Assembly (NCBI GenBank): GCA_002269645.1
Contig: NIVC01004785.1
Coordinates: 1-35,047 of the forward strand
Length of the DNA: 35,047 nt
Reading direction: 5' to 3'
From: Macrostomum lignano
Lineage: Eukaryota
The notes beneath the pieces are model-generated. The model did no database searches and had not been told where the DNA came from. It was given only the letters and a program-made list of their open reading frames with translations. This document shows positions 1 through 10,860 of the stretch, in pieces (within the stretch, counting starts at the first letter, position 1; each line of letters opens with the position of its first letter). Made by a program: the position numbers and the translations under genes.

Positions 1-32
1 GATAGGGATTATCCAAATAGAAATTGTTAGTA

Positions 33-826
33 TGGGATTATCGGAGTGGGACAGTAAGTGTTTATCATAACGGATTATCGAGTGGGATAGTGGGATTATC
101 GTAATGAGATTATCGATGGGATAGTTGGGGATTATCGTAATGGGATTATCAGAGTGGGATAGTTGGGGATTATCGTAATGGATTATCGGAGTGGATAGTT
201 GGGGATTATCGTAATGGGATTATCGGAGTGGGATAGTTGGGGATTATCGTAATGGGATTATCGGAGTGGGATAGTTGGGATTATCGTAATGGATTATCGA
301 GTGGGATAGTTGGGGATTATCGTAATGGGATTATCGGAGTGGGATAGTTGGGGATTATCGTAATGGGATTATCGGAGTGGGATAGTTGGGATTATCGTAA
401 TGGGATTATCGGAGTGGGATAGTTGGGGATTATCGTAAATGGGATTATCGGAGTGGGATAGTTGGGGATTATCGTAATGGGATTATCGGAGTGGATAGTT
501 GGGGATTATCGTAATGGGATTATCGGAGTGGGATAGTTGGGGATTATCGTAAATGGATTATCGGAGTGGGATAGTTGGGATTATCGTAATGGGATTATCG
601 GAGTGGGATAGTTGGGGATTATCGTAATGGGATTATCGGAGTGGGATAGTTGGGGATTATCGTAATGGGATTATCGGAGTGGGATAGTTGGGGATTATCG
701 TAATGGGATTATCGGAGTGGGATAGTTGGGGATTATCGTAATAGGATTATCGAAGTGGGATAGTTGGGGATTATCGCAATGGGATTATCGGAGTGGGATA
801 GTAGGAGATTATCGTAATGGGATTAT
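33..826. repeat. 38-bp G-rich minisatellite (GGGATTATCGGAGTGGGATAGTTGGGGATTATCGTAAT)n, about 19-20 copies, in the NFAT5 intron downstream of exon 5
   Basis: Unit read directly with period 38, e.g. 301-338 repeats at 339-376; 1-nt indels in some copies; degenerate at both ends. Confidence 0.97.
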
Positions 827-973
827 TGTAGCGGAATCATGCTCATATTCGGCTTGGGCTTATCAAGGAGCAAATCACACAAAATTGAGGCTGGGATTTA
901 GCGCTTCGGGATGGTGGGACTGATAGGATGAAATAGGATAAGATATGGGATTATGACTCTGCGCGGCACTCAC

Positions 974-1146
974 TGCACACAATAGGATCGGAGGCAGCCT
1001 GCAGTGTGATGAAGTTTCCACCGCCCAGCGGCAGGTTGACTCGAAAAACCAGCCTAGCTTTGATGCTCTTCTTTCGATTCTTGCCTACTCCGCGCTTCTG
1101 TTCGACATCGGCGTTGCGCAGCTTCAGGATGCCCACGCAGTCCAGA
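974..1146 (-). CDS. NFAT5: NFAT5-type Rel homology domain, coding exon 5 (173 nt); gene continues beyond the left edge of the window
   Basis: Encodes LDCVGILKLRNADVEQKRGVGKNRKKSIKARLVFRVNL...TLQAASDPIVC, matching NFAT5 DCVGILKLRNADVE...RARLVFRV. Acceptor ctaatccaccccgccAG at 1147 (phase 2); donor GTGAGT at 973 (phase 1). Confidence 0.93.
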
Positions 1147-1687
1147 CTGGCGGGGTGGATTAGCAACGCGGGCACGGATTAACGTTGGGGATTACAGCGG
1201 ACTCTCAAGTTAATTAATTGAGGCAATGCAAACTATATGGCCGAGGTGTTCCAACCCATTTCTTTTCATATTTGATAATAACGAAAGAAAATGACACGAA
1301 ATTCTATACAAGCCTACTCACAGTACTAAGAATAGTGTATTTGTACAGCAATTAATTGTGCCTCAATTTTCTATTTACTATTATGATTTTGACCAGCAAT
1401 CGGAAGGTTTTTACAGCTGCTGCGACTAAAACAGTACAGCGTGCCCTCCGATCGTTTATCTCCGCTAGATTTGACTATCCAATAAGGCAGACACAGCGCT
1501 TAAAGAAGCAACCGCGTGTTAATCTAACACAGATTAGTGTTTATTCTCTTTTTAAAGCAAAAATACACAGCCAGAAATTGCATACGGTTGTCGGCAATGT
1601 ATATTTTTAGAGAAAAGCACTAGCGATACTTGGCTGACTTGAAAGACATTAATAATAATATTAACACTAGATAGTCTAGATATACAT

Positions 1688-1933
1688 TAGCCCAGTGGTC
1701 TAGCGCAGGCTCTGGTGTGCCAGCGACCCAGACTCGATTCCAAGTGCAGTCACATCAATTTGGGGCTAAATTGGAATCTCGGCTTGGCTCTGCTCGTGCA
1801 ATTAACGGCCTTGAGGGCCAACCCCCCGAGGCACAGTGAAGTGTACATGCCTAACGGGAGTCAAGGCGGAATGGGCAGTAACGCCTCTCGCCGGTTGAGT
1901 GACAATGGCGCTTAAAGTGCGGTAATAAAAAAA
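1688..1933 (+). mobile_element. tRNA-derived SINE, family A, copy 1
   Basis: A-box-like TAGCCCAGTGG (1688-1698), B-box-like GACTCGATTCC (1731-1741), A-rich tail near 1925-1933; clearly homologous second copy at 18869-19217. Confidence 0.75.
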
Positions 1934-2364
1934 TATGCAAGGAAATGGCTGCTTGGAACTAAGAACGGTCGGTAGCTATATATAAAGTGGCTAGGGTACA
2001 CCAACGCCCCTTCAGTCTTGTCAGTCCCAGGGTCCGAACTGCAGATAGTAAGCTCTCTATTAGACCAATAAAGAAAACTTTTTCGCAAGCTTAAACAGAG
2101 GTATTAATAAGCGAAGTGTAAGTTAAGTAGGCGAACAAAGAACGCCGACAGGTGGATAGATAAGAGAAATTAGGTAAAACTAGGTGTACGTGCAACACAT
2201 TTACAGAACTATCATAAGCTTGAGGCGGCATGTGGCACAGAGAGAAAGAGAGAGAGGGAGAACGGGGCTGGCTGCTAGGCCACAGTGTGCATGTAACCTG
2301 CCAGCTGATTATCATTAAGCATAAACTTTAAATAAAAAGCAAACCCAACTAACAAATGACTCAC

Positions 2365-2558
2365 TTGAGTATCATATTCTTCTGCGGATCGAACGGCACC
2401 TCCAGCACTCGGGTGCCCTCCTGTTCGGTTTCTACTGCCTCGCACGCGGTGGCTTTGCCGGACACTCTGCAGGCCTGATAATAGCCGTGCGGCTTCACCC
2501 GGCCAACATCTGTGCCAACAAAGATTGACAGGCTGGCTGGCTGCGACCAGCCAATCAG
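2365..2558 (-). CDS. NFAT5: NFAT5 coding exon 4 (194 nt; not in the ORF track)
   Basis: Hand translation LIGWSQPASLSIFVGTDVGRVKPHGYYQACRVSGKATACEAVETEQEGTRVLEVPFDPQKNMIL matches NFAT5 [23 protein letters not shown]...IEVGLDP.NNM. Acceptor ttttcccgcAG (phase 0); donor GTGAGT (phase 2). Both phases fit the neighbouring exons. Confidence 0.95.
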
Positions 2559-2631
2559 CTGCGGGAAAATATGAGCATAGAGCAGGGATTATTTATTATA
2601 GCTTGCAATAAAAATAATATTTATTATTATA

Positions 2632-2880
2632 TTGATTACACCTACGCCCTAACAGCTATTGCGCGGCGCATCTGAAGGCTGCGTACGGCTGTTCGGTCCA
2701 AGGACTGGGGGGTCGCCACGCACACCCTCAATTACCCCAGCTAATGCTGGCACCCATTTTACAGCTGGGTGAACTGAAGCAATGCAGAGTCAAGTGTCTT
2801 GCTCAAGGACACAGATTGTTTCTTAGAGTAGGTTGAGAATCGAACCCCCGTCTTTTTAGTTTCAGACCTTATACCGTAGT
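2632..2880 (-). mobile_element. tRNA-derived CORE-type SINE, family B, copy 1
   Basis: Plus strand has CCCATTTTACAGCTGGGTGAACTG...AAGTGTCTTGCTCAAGGACAC...GAATCGAACCC, resembling the reverse complement of the MIR/CORE domain and a B-box (GGTTCGATTC on minus). Further copies at about 23680-23965 and 26381-26650. Confidence 0.75.
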
Positions 2881-2989
2881 TTGCAAGGTTAAGCAAAGTT
2901 AGCTGCGGTTAGTACACGCAGCTGGGGAGAGTCGTAATTTAAGCAGAGCTTCAGTTCAGCTTCTGTTGTGACCGGGTAGAAGTAGTACG

Positions 2990-3335
2990 GGATCCCGATT
3001 CCTAAAATTCCTGCACCCCGATCCCGAAAATCTTGGATCTGATCACGGAAACCCTAGATTCCGATCACGAAAACTCTCAATCCCGATAACACTCGATCTT
3101 GATCCCAAAAACCCTCGATCTCGATCTAAAAAACCCTTGATCCCGATAACCCTCAATCAGAATAACACTTGATTCCGATCCCAAAAACCCTCGATCCCGA
3201 TCCCAAAAAATTCTTGATCCCGATCCCGATAACCCTCGATCCCAATAACACTTGATTCCGATCCTAAAAACTCTCTATCCCGATCACATAACATTTGATC
3301 CTGATCCCAATCCCGAAAAGCCTGAACTCAGATCC
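2990..3335. repeat. Degenerate C-rich repeat of GATCCC/CCCGATAAC/AAAAACCCTCGATC motifs
   Basis: Many imperfect GATCCCGAT and CCCGATAAC motifs with irregular spacing. Confidence 0.8.
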
Positions 3336-3391
3336 GACCTAATTCCAAAAGGTTTTATAAACAGTTTTACCATATTACATGTACATCAATA

Positions 3392-4975
3392 CGAGGGGTA
3401 TTCAATAAGTTTCTGGATGCACGAATTGAGGGTGATGTACACAATTTGGCATAGCAGGTATTATATACATCGTCTTGTGATTATATTTGTGCGATTTCAG
3501 ACAAATTCACTCTATAAAGCCTGTGCTACGCACACGAAAAGTTAGCATACCCTCAAACACTGAGAATTCACAATGGAGCTCAACAGAGGCCATTTGAGAG
3601 CAATGATTTACTATGACTACAAAAGTGGTCTAAGGCAGTATGAGAGCTTTGAGCGACTTCAAGCGGCTTTAGGCAATAAAGCACCTTCCAGGAACACTGT
3701 TTTTGAGTGGTTTGCCACATTTCGACGTGGTCAGCGGAGTCTGGATGATGAAGAGTGCAGCGGCCGGCCCACCTCCGCAGAAAGCGAAGAGAATGTTGCT
3801 GCCATTCGGGCCATGATTAAGGATGATGCCAGGGTAACTGTGACCCAGATAGAGACAGAAGTGGGCATCTCATCGGGAACCATCCGCACGATCCTGCACT
3901 CAAGGCTCAACCTGAGCAAGGTTTCTGCACGTTAGGTGCCTCATGATCTGGTGGAGGAGCAAAGAAGGCTCGGGTGGCTTGGTGCCATGCCATGCTTGAC
4001 AGATTCGATGGTGGCCGCTCAAACTCGGTTTGGGGTCTCGTCAGTGGTACCAAGCCACTACCAAGTCTGGTACCAAGTGGTACCAAGTCTGGATGATGAA
4101 GAGTGCAGCGGCCGGCCCACCTCCGCAGAAAGCGAAGAGAATGTTGCTGCCATTCGGGCCATGATTAAGGATGATGCCAGGGTAACTGTGACCCAGATAG
4201 AGACAGAAGTGGGCATCTCATCGGGAACCATCCGCACGATCCTGCACTCAAGGCTCAACCTGAGCAAGGTTTCTGCACGTTAGGTGCCTCATGATCTGGT
4301 GGAGGAGCAAAGAAGGCTCGGGTGGCTTGGTGCCATGCCATGCTTGACAGATTCGATGGTGGCCGCTCAAACTCGGTTTGGGGTCTCGTCAGTGGTGACG
4401 AATCCTGGATCTGTAGTTTTGACCCAGAGACCAAGCAGCAGTCGATCCAGTGGACACCAGTTGGAGGCGCCCTACCATTGAAGCTGCAGCGAGAGCGCAG
4501 CGTAGCAAAGCAGATGGTGGCCATTTTTGTGATGAAAGCTGATCATCTAGCGACCGTGCCACTTGTGCAGCAACGCACAGTCACTGGCAACTGGTGTACC
4601 AACTGCTGCCTGCCAAAAGTGCTGAGTTGTCTCTCTAGTTGCCACCCAAGGACTCGAGCTCGGAGTGTGCTTCTTCATCAAGACAACCCCCCCCCCAGCC
4701 CAAGAGTCCAGGCAAGTGGTCGAATTCCTGGCTGAAAAACGCATTCAAGAGATCGGCCATTTACCCTACAGCCCAGATCTGACCCCCGTGCGACTTCTTC
4801 GTGTTTCGGCAAATCAAGCAGATGCGTGGCAGTCGTTATTCATGGCTGGAAGCTGCATTCGAGGCCTTCATCAAGCATTTCAAGGGGTGCCAAGTTCATA
4901 GTGGTCTAGCTGCTTCAATAAGTGGTTTGAGGGGATGCAACGGTGCATAGACTCTTCTGGAGAGTACCTTGTGCA
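3392..4975 (+). mobile_element. Mariner (DD34D) DNA transposon, inactive, 3' TIR missing
   Basis: TA at 3390-3391 followed by mariner-type left TIR CGAGGGGTATTCAATAAGTTTCTGGATGCAC; transposase remnant follows; no reverse-complement TIR is seen after the ...SGEY segment near 4960-4975. Confidence 0.9.
3573..4970 (+). pseudogene. Mariner transposase pseudogene
   Basis: HTH region MELNRGHLRAMIYYDYKSG...SRNTVFEWFATFRRG...SGRP; WVPHEL motif mutated to SAR*VPHDL (TGG>TAG); SGDESW, LLHQDN and PYSPDL catalytic motifs spread over shifted frames; 311-bp internal duplication. Confidence 0.93.
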
Positions 4976-5440
4976 CTATTGGTAGTGTCTTTCCTTACTT
5001 CAGTGTTTAGGCTATGCTATAATATTAGGTATATTTTTTATACATGCTACGACAGCAAGTGAAGTTAAGCAAGTGAAAAAACTATATTATCCGCGAGAGG
5101 CAACATGCCTGACATTGAGCCATTGTGCTGTAGCTAAAGCCAGCGCATCTGTATCTGCCATGCCCCCACCACTCTCTCATAAGTGCTAGCATTAGCAGTA
5201 GTTCCGAACTCATTATAACACCGCATTCACCCGCAACCGCACAGATTAGCCACCAGCCGCAAATGCGCAAACTTCTAACACAGAAGATCATCGTATATTT
5301 GTAGGAATGGTATAGAATATTATACTTAGCTAATAACTCTCAATTAGCTAACTGTCTACAAAACCCGATCACATAACACTTAGTAGCCTACAATGTGTGA
5401 CCTAATATAGCACTCGTTTAGTCATTAGAACAGTCCTTTT

Positions 5441-5995
5441 GGCGCCACACATGTACTCATTCCGGCGCCACACAGTTACTCATTCCGGCGCCACACAGTT
5501 ACTCATTCCGGCGCCACACAGTTACTCATTCCGGCGCCACACAGTTACTCATTCCAGAGCCACCAGATTACCAATTCCGGCGCCACAGTTACTCATTCCG
5601 GCGCCACACAGTTACTCATTCCGGCGCCACACAGTTACTCATTTCGGCGCCACACAGTTACTCATTCCAGAGCCACCAGATTACCAATTCCGGCGCCACA
5701 GTTACTCATTCCGGCGCCACACAGTTACTCATTCCGGCGCCACACAGTTACTCATTCCGGCGCCACACAGTTACTCATTCCAGAGCCACCAGATTACCAA
5801 TTCCGGCGCCACAGTTACTCATTCCGGCGCTACACAGTTACTCATTCCGGCGCTACACAGTTACTCATTCCGGCGCCACACAGTTACTCATTCCGGCGCC
5901 ACACAGTTACTCATTCCAGAGCCACCAGATTACCAATTCCGGCGCCACAGTTACTCATTCCGGCGCTACACAGTTACTCATTCCGGCGCCACATA
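5441..5995. repeat. 23-bp minisatellite (GGCGCCACACAGTTACTCATTCC)n with 113-bp higher-order structure
   Basis: Variant monomer AGAGCCACCAGATTACCAATTCC recurs at 5556, 5669, 5782 and 5918 (spacing 113, 113, 136). Confidence 0.97.
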
Positions 5996-7198
5996 TACAC
6001 TGGTGCCATTCTGGCATTCTGGCGCCACACACTAACTCTGGCCCAGTTTACCGGATAATATGTACGATACTAGCTGAAAATAGCCAGCGAATCTTAAAAT
6101 TAGTATGCAGCTAGCAACAACTAAAAGAGAATCTATTGCCGCGCGTTAGAAATGAGGACTTTAAGACAAGGTCGGGGTTTATCTGCATTATCTGCAGAAG
6201 GACAAGAAAAGCAAGAAAACTGGCCGCACACAGAGGGCCAAGCCGGTCTGACCCTCTGCCCCTCCGTCTCTTACTCCTAATAGTAAATATAGCAATCTAA
6301 AAATAGGCTAAGTGCATCGGCAACAGTCTTCGCCGTAGCCACCGCTACCCACCTACAACCGGTTTCAGACACAGAAACATAATCCTAACAAAAACATTTT
6401 TTATGGATGGCTAAATCCAAAGCGCTTTCATGTTCAGTTAGCTTTGTTGAATTAATCAAAGCATTTAATCGAATTACTATTATATATAAATAATCTTGAA
6501 GCGGATAAATTGGTGACGGGATTAACCTTATATTTCCTAGAAAAATATTTGAAGGCTAGCTTTTTCCAGGAAAGAATTAGCCAACTGACCAGAATTCGGA
6601 GAATTATTCAAAGCACATTTTACCAGTCATATCGTATTAACTACTGTAGTAGAAATTTAGGCAGACCCACAGCTCAGCACAGCGCTTTATCAATGGCATG
6701 CCGACCGAATTTCGTTCTCTCTATTACATATAGACTTGGACAAAAGCGCTCGGGGATCGTACGCCAGGTACTAACACTTGAACTGTCATACGGGGCCTGC
6801 GTGAACACCTGATTAAACTGATTAAAGAAGAGAGGTTAAAGGGTCGCGTGAGCGCGCTGTGTTCTGGCCTTGCTACGAGCCTGTCCCTATGCGCAAATGA
6901 GTACAGTGTAATGCAGGGCATAGCACAACTTATACTGAGATAATAGTAGATCTACGCAATGTAACTGATGAGAGATACATTACGCCCTGGTATTATAGCA
7001 AGTTATAACAGAAAGGGTCACTGTTATGCTTACTAATCAAGCCGTTAACTGTTCTGTGAGTACGGGTTGCTCCTAAATTAAAATACAATACGGCATACTC
7101 CAGGCCAGACCAGACACCCAGCAAACTAAATCTGTTTAGAGATTCAGTTAACAGTTTAGCTTGGTTACTCGAGGGTATCTGACGGGTCTACCGATGTT

Positions 7199-7966
7199 GA
7201 TGACAGGGTTGACAGCTCTACCTGAGGCTAATGACAGGGTTGGCAGCTCTACCTGAGGCTAATGACAGGGTTGGCAGCTCTACCTGAGGCTAATGACAGG
7301 GTTGACAGCTCTACCTGAGGCTAATGACAGGGTTGACAGCTCTACTTGAGGCTAATGACAGGGTTGACAGCTCTACCTGAGGCTAATGACAGGGTTGACA
7401 GCTCTACCTGAGGCTAATGACAGGGTTGACAGCTCTACCTGAGGCTAATGACAGGGTTGACAGCTCTACCTGAGGCTAATGACAGGGTTGGCAGCTCTAC
7501 CTGAGGCTAATGACAGGGTTGACAGCTCTACCTGAGGCTAATGACAGGGTTGGCAGCTCTACCTGAGGCTAATGACAGGGTTGACAGCTCTACCTGAGGC
7601 TAATGACAGGGTTGGCAGCTCTACCTGAGGCTAATGACAGGGTTGGCAGCTCTACCTGAGGCTAATGACAGGGTTGACAGCTCTACCTGAGGCTAATGAC
7701 AGGGTTGACAGCTCTACCTGAGGCTAATGACAGGGTTGACAGCTCTACCTGAGGCTAATGACAGGGTTGACAGCTCTACCTGAGGCTAATGACAGGGTTG
7801 ACAGCTCTACCTGAGGCTAATGACAGGGTTGACAGCTCTACCTGAGGCTAATGACTGGGTTGACAGCTCTACCTGAGGCTAATGACTGGGTTGACAGCTC
7901 TACCTGAGGCTAATGACAGGGTTGGCAGCTCTACCTGAGGCTAATGACAGGATGGACAGCTCTACC
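7199..7966. repeat. 31-bp minisatellite (CTAATGACAGGGTTGACAGCTCTACCTGAGG)n, about 25 near-identical copies, at the 5' end of NFAT5 intron 3
   Basis: Period 31 read directly; copies differ mainly by TTGACAG/TTGGCAG. Confidence 0.98.
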
Positions 7967-7992
7967 CAAGAATCTACTAGGAAGCCGCTCAC

Positions 7993-8236
7993 CTGCACAG
8001 TGGGGTAGCCCTGCTGCGACCGATCCTTAACCGAGCCGCGCGAGCCTTCGGTCATGTACCGAGCCCGGTGGTGCTGCTCGGGCTGGGAGACGATTAGCAG
8101 TTCGAATGGGCCGTGCTTCCTCGGATAGCAGTTGAATAGGCTGGGCTTGCCAGACCGGCGCCTATCGCTGCCTGCGTCGCCAGAAAAGTTCGTGTGCACC
8201 GATGCAGGGGAAGAGGTGACCTCGTCTGACCTGCAG
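7993..8236 (-). CDS. NFAT5: NFAT5 coding exon 3 (244 nt), start of the Rel homology domain
   Basis: Encodes ...[66 protein letters not shown] is NFAT5-type (NFATc has GSRGAVKA). Donor CAG/GTGAG at 7992 (phase 0); acceptor cgcAG at 8237 (alternative at 8231), phase 2. Confidence 0.92.
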
Positions 8237-8390
8237 CTGCGATACGGGTGGAGATTCGGATTAAGTGAGGCTGTTTTCAATTGTGACACGGTTGAGTAAA
8301 TTTGAATTTGGCTTATTAATAGAATGCGGAGATTAGGTTAGGAAGGGCTAAAAAAGATAGGATAAAATTTGTTTTAATCTGGTTTTGCTC

Positions 8391-8715
8391 TTGGCCCAGC
8401 AACTGGAGAGGGTGGTCCAGCAACTGAGGATCTGAGAGGATGAGTGGCCCAGCAACTGAGGATCTGAGAGGATGAGTGGCCCAGCAACTGAGGATCTGGA
8501 AGGCTGGACCAGCAACTGAGGATTTGGAAGGCTGGCCCAGCAACAGAGGATTTGGGAGGCTGGCCCAGCAACTGAGGATCTGGGAGGCTGGCCCAGCAAC
8601 TGAGGATCTGAGAGGCTGGCCCAGCAACTACAGAGGATCTGGGAGGCTGGCCCAGCAACTGAGGATCTGGGAGGCTGGCCCAGCAACTGTGGGATCTGGG
8701 AGGCTGACCCAGCAA
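8391..8715. repeat. About 28-bp minisatellite (GGGAGGCTGGCCCAGCAACTGAGGATCT)n filling NFAT5 intron 2
   Basis: About 11 imperfect copies; explains the overlapping spurious ORFs at 8316-8824. Confidence 0.95.
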
Positions 8716-8772
8716 GTACTTCAATCAAAAAACAGTAGCAAGGATTAAGCACTATATGCAAGAGCAGCCAAC

Positions 8773-9259
8773 CTGGACACGCTGCCGTATTCAATAGACG
8801 AAGCCTGCCTGTCTTGGCCGCCACCGAAGCTGGAGCCCGAAGCGGCAGCGGCAGCAGCGGCCGCGGCGGCAGCGGAGTTCCGCCGCTTCAGCAATTCAGA
8901 CCGCAGACTGGACGCTTCGCCAGACAGAATGCCGGGCTCTTCCTCGGATGCCGATCCGAGGAACAACTCGCCGCAGTCGCGTCTAATACTTGACAACTGG
9001 GTGTCCGAATCCACCACGGTTATTGGCGACCGGCTTCGGGCGGGCGACGTGCACGAGGAGCTGGCCGGCGATGACGAGGACGACATGGCAGTGTCGGAGA
9101 CGCGGGCCCGCTTGTACTTGTAGTTGCCGCCGCCGCCGCCGCTGCTGCTACCGCCGCCGGTGGCACCGACGACATCCGGAGGCGGCGCAGACGAAGACGA
9201 TGAAGCTACGGTGATGGCGGAGGCGCTGACTGGCGCCACAAGACACTGGGACGGTTGCG
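8773..9259 (-). CDS. NFAT5: NFAT5 coding exon 2 (487 nt), Ser/Gly/Ala-rich region with basic clusters
   Basis: GC-rich open frame (ORF 8745-9239 extended to the ttttAG acceptor at 9260, phase 1). Donor CAG/GTTGGC at 8772 is phase 2 and matches exon 3. Assignment rests on phase continuity, not homology. Confidence 0.78.
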
Positions 9260-9324
9260 CTAAAATATATTTATATTCAGTTTAAATATCATTCGCGTTT
9301 GATCTGGTTAAGTCTTAATGTGCA

Positions 9325-9587
9325 TTGGCCACGACTGCCGACCCTAACCTAAATCTAAACCCTAACCTTGTCCTAAACCCTAACACAAGAGTCCTAACCC
9401 TAACTCTAACCTAAACCTCAACACAAAAAGCCTAAACTAAACCCCAACCTAAACTCCAACCTAAACATTAACATAAGAACCTTAACCTAAACCCTAACAT
9501 GAGCCCTAACCTAAACCCTGACACATGAACTTCAACTTATACCCTAACACGAGTGGCCAGGAAGTCATTGGGCCAGTGCGTGGCCAA
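9325..9587. repeat. Degenerate telomere-like (CCTAAC/CCCTAA) tract bracketed by short inverted repeats; possible MITE in NFAT5 intron 1
   Basis: Many CCTAAC/CCTAAA units at 9340-9548; TTGGCCACG (9325-9333) and CGTGGCCAA (9579-9587) form an inverted pair. Confidence 0.55.
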
Positions 9588-9638
9588 AAATATGCATTGT
9601 AAAACCCATTCGCCAACAGCACAAACAATACTTCTCAC

Positions 9639-10479
9639 CTTCTCTAGAGAGAGATATCAGCTGATCTGCAGATGGAAGCTGTTGTTGCTGCATTTGCTGT
9701 TCGGCAGGCTGCTGCTGATGCTGCCAGAGATTCAAAGCAGCTGGCGGTGCAGCATAGCGGCCGATAGCGGCTGAGGTAGAAGAGTCTGTTAAGATTGACC
9801 GGAGAGTCGAGCTGGCAGGCAGAGAGGCTGACACAGTGGAAGGCGTCAATTGGCGCTGCTGTTCAGGAGGCTCGGCCTTGACCTCCAGTTCGGCGATCAG
9901 GGTTTTCAAAAAGCTATCGTTGGCTGCTGGAACGAGACGCTGAGGCTGAAGCAGATGCACCTGCTGCTGCTGCTGCTGATGCTGTTGCTTTAACAAAGCT
10001 AAAATAACCGATTGCATTTGAGCAGTCTGGCTAGCCAAAGCCTGCAACAGGTTGCTCAAGTCTGAAGAGCCGCCGCAGGCGTAAGCCAGCTGACTAGCAG
10101 TGGCCGGCTGCAGTGACAAAGCTGGCTGCTGCTGCTGCTGCTGCTGCGGCTGCTGCTGTTGTTGTTGCTGAAGAATTTGCTGCAGCAGATTGGTTAAGGT
10201 GGAATTGCTAACAACAGGCTGCTCAGATTGGTGAGCTTGCTGAAGCAATGACTGCTGAGACTGTTGCTGTTGCTGCTGCTGCACTGGACTTGCCGCTTGG
10301 ACGCCATTAAGGCTGGACTGTTGAGACTGCGGAGTCTGCGGCTGCTGCTGCTGGTCATTGATAACACTTAGCAGCAGGTCCATTTGCTGCTCGTCCATAG
10401 CACTACTATTAGAAGTTGGTCCACTTAATGAAGTGGCACAAGTGCCATTAGATTGGCTGGTACCTAAATATGGCTGCAT
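9639..10479 (-). CDS. NFAT5: NFAT5 coding exon 1 (841 nt), Gln-rich low-complexity N-terminus
   Basis: ATG at 10479 opens a 280-codon polyQ-rich frame that ends at the strong donor AAG/GTGAGA (9638), phase 1, matching the exon 2 acceptor. An acceptor lies 18 nt upstream of the ATG (exon start 10497), so further upstream exons are possible. Confidence 0.75.
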
Positions 10480-10843
10480 TTGATTGATGAAGCAGCACTA
10501 GGTGATAAAGCTATAAAGGTTATATAGTTTCAAATTTGCATAGGCTTGTTTCTAGTGGCGATAGCCAGGATGACAAACAAGACAGTCCATGAAAGGATTA
10601 GTCAAAGAAGTTAACTTGACTTAAAAAATCAATAAGTATATGTGAGTTAATGCAAATTGTAAATAATAATAATCAAAAAACAAAAAGTGGCTCCTTTTTT
10701 CTATTGTTTAGTCCTATTGCAAATTTAGCCTAATTTATTGTTACTTAGACTAAAGAAAAAATAACTTAAGCTTATTTCTATATTAAGATTTTGTCTTACC
10801 TTTTTAGGAGTTAAAAGGCTAAGATCTTTAGCCTAAAGGCTTA

Positions 10844-10860
10844 CATACATGCGCAACCCC
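10844..10860 (+). mobile_element. Solo hAT-type TIR end (CATACATGCGCAACCCC), same family as the MITE at 24524-24820
   Basis: 14-nt match to the TIR of the 24524-24820 element; no partner end found nearby. Confidence 0.5.

Noticed and set aside
5439-6035. 198-aa repetitive ORF
   Set aside because: Translation of the 23-bp minisatellite.
6198-6251. Possible nested plus-strand terminal exon (ctgcAG/KDKKSKKTGRTQRAKPV*) in NFAT5 intron 3
   Set aside because: No upstream partner exon or recognisable homology found; superficial similarity to RPS30 (KKKTGR) does not extend.
6680-6900. GC-richer minus-strand stretch with acceptor-like sites (VFTQAPYD...KALC*)
   Set aside because: No recognisable family and it is not needed for the NFAT5 frame; exons 3 and 4 join directly in phase 0.
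7900-7992. C-terminal tail of ORF 7900-8289, and similar tails of ORFs 951-1175, 9565-10479, 28670-29056 and 30644-31987
   Set aside because: These are read-through into introns past consensus GT donors; homology stops at the donor in each homology-supported case.
8316-8824. Several overlapping ORFs
   Set aside because: They come from the 28-bp intronic array in NFAT5 intron 2.
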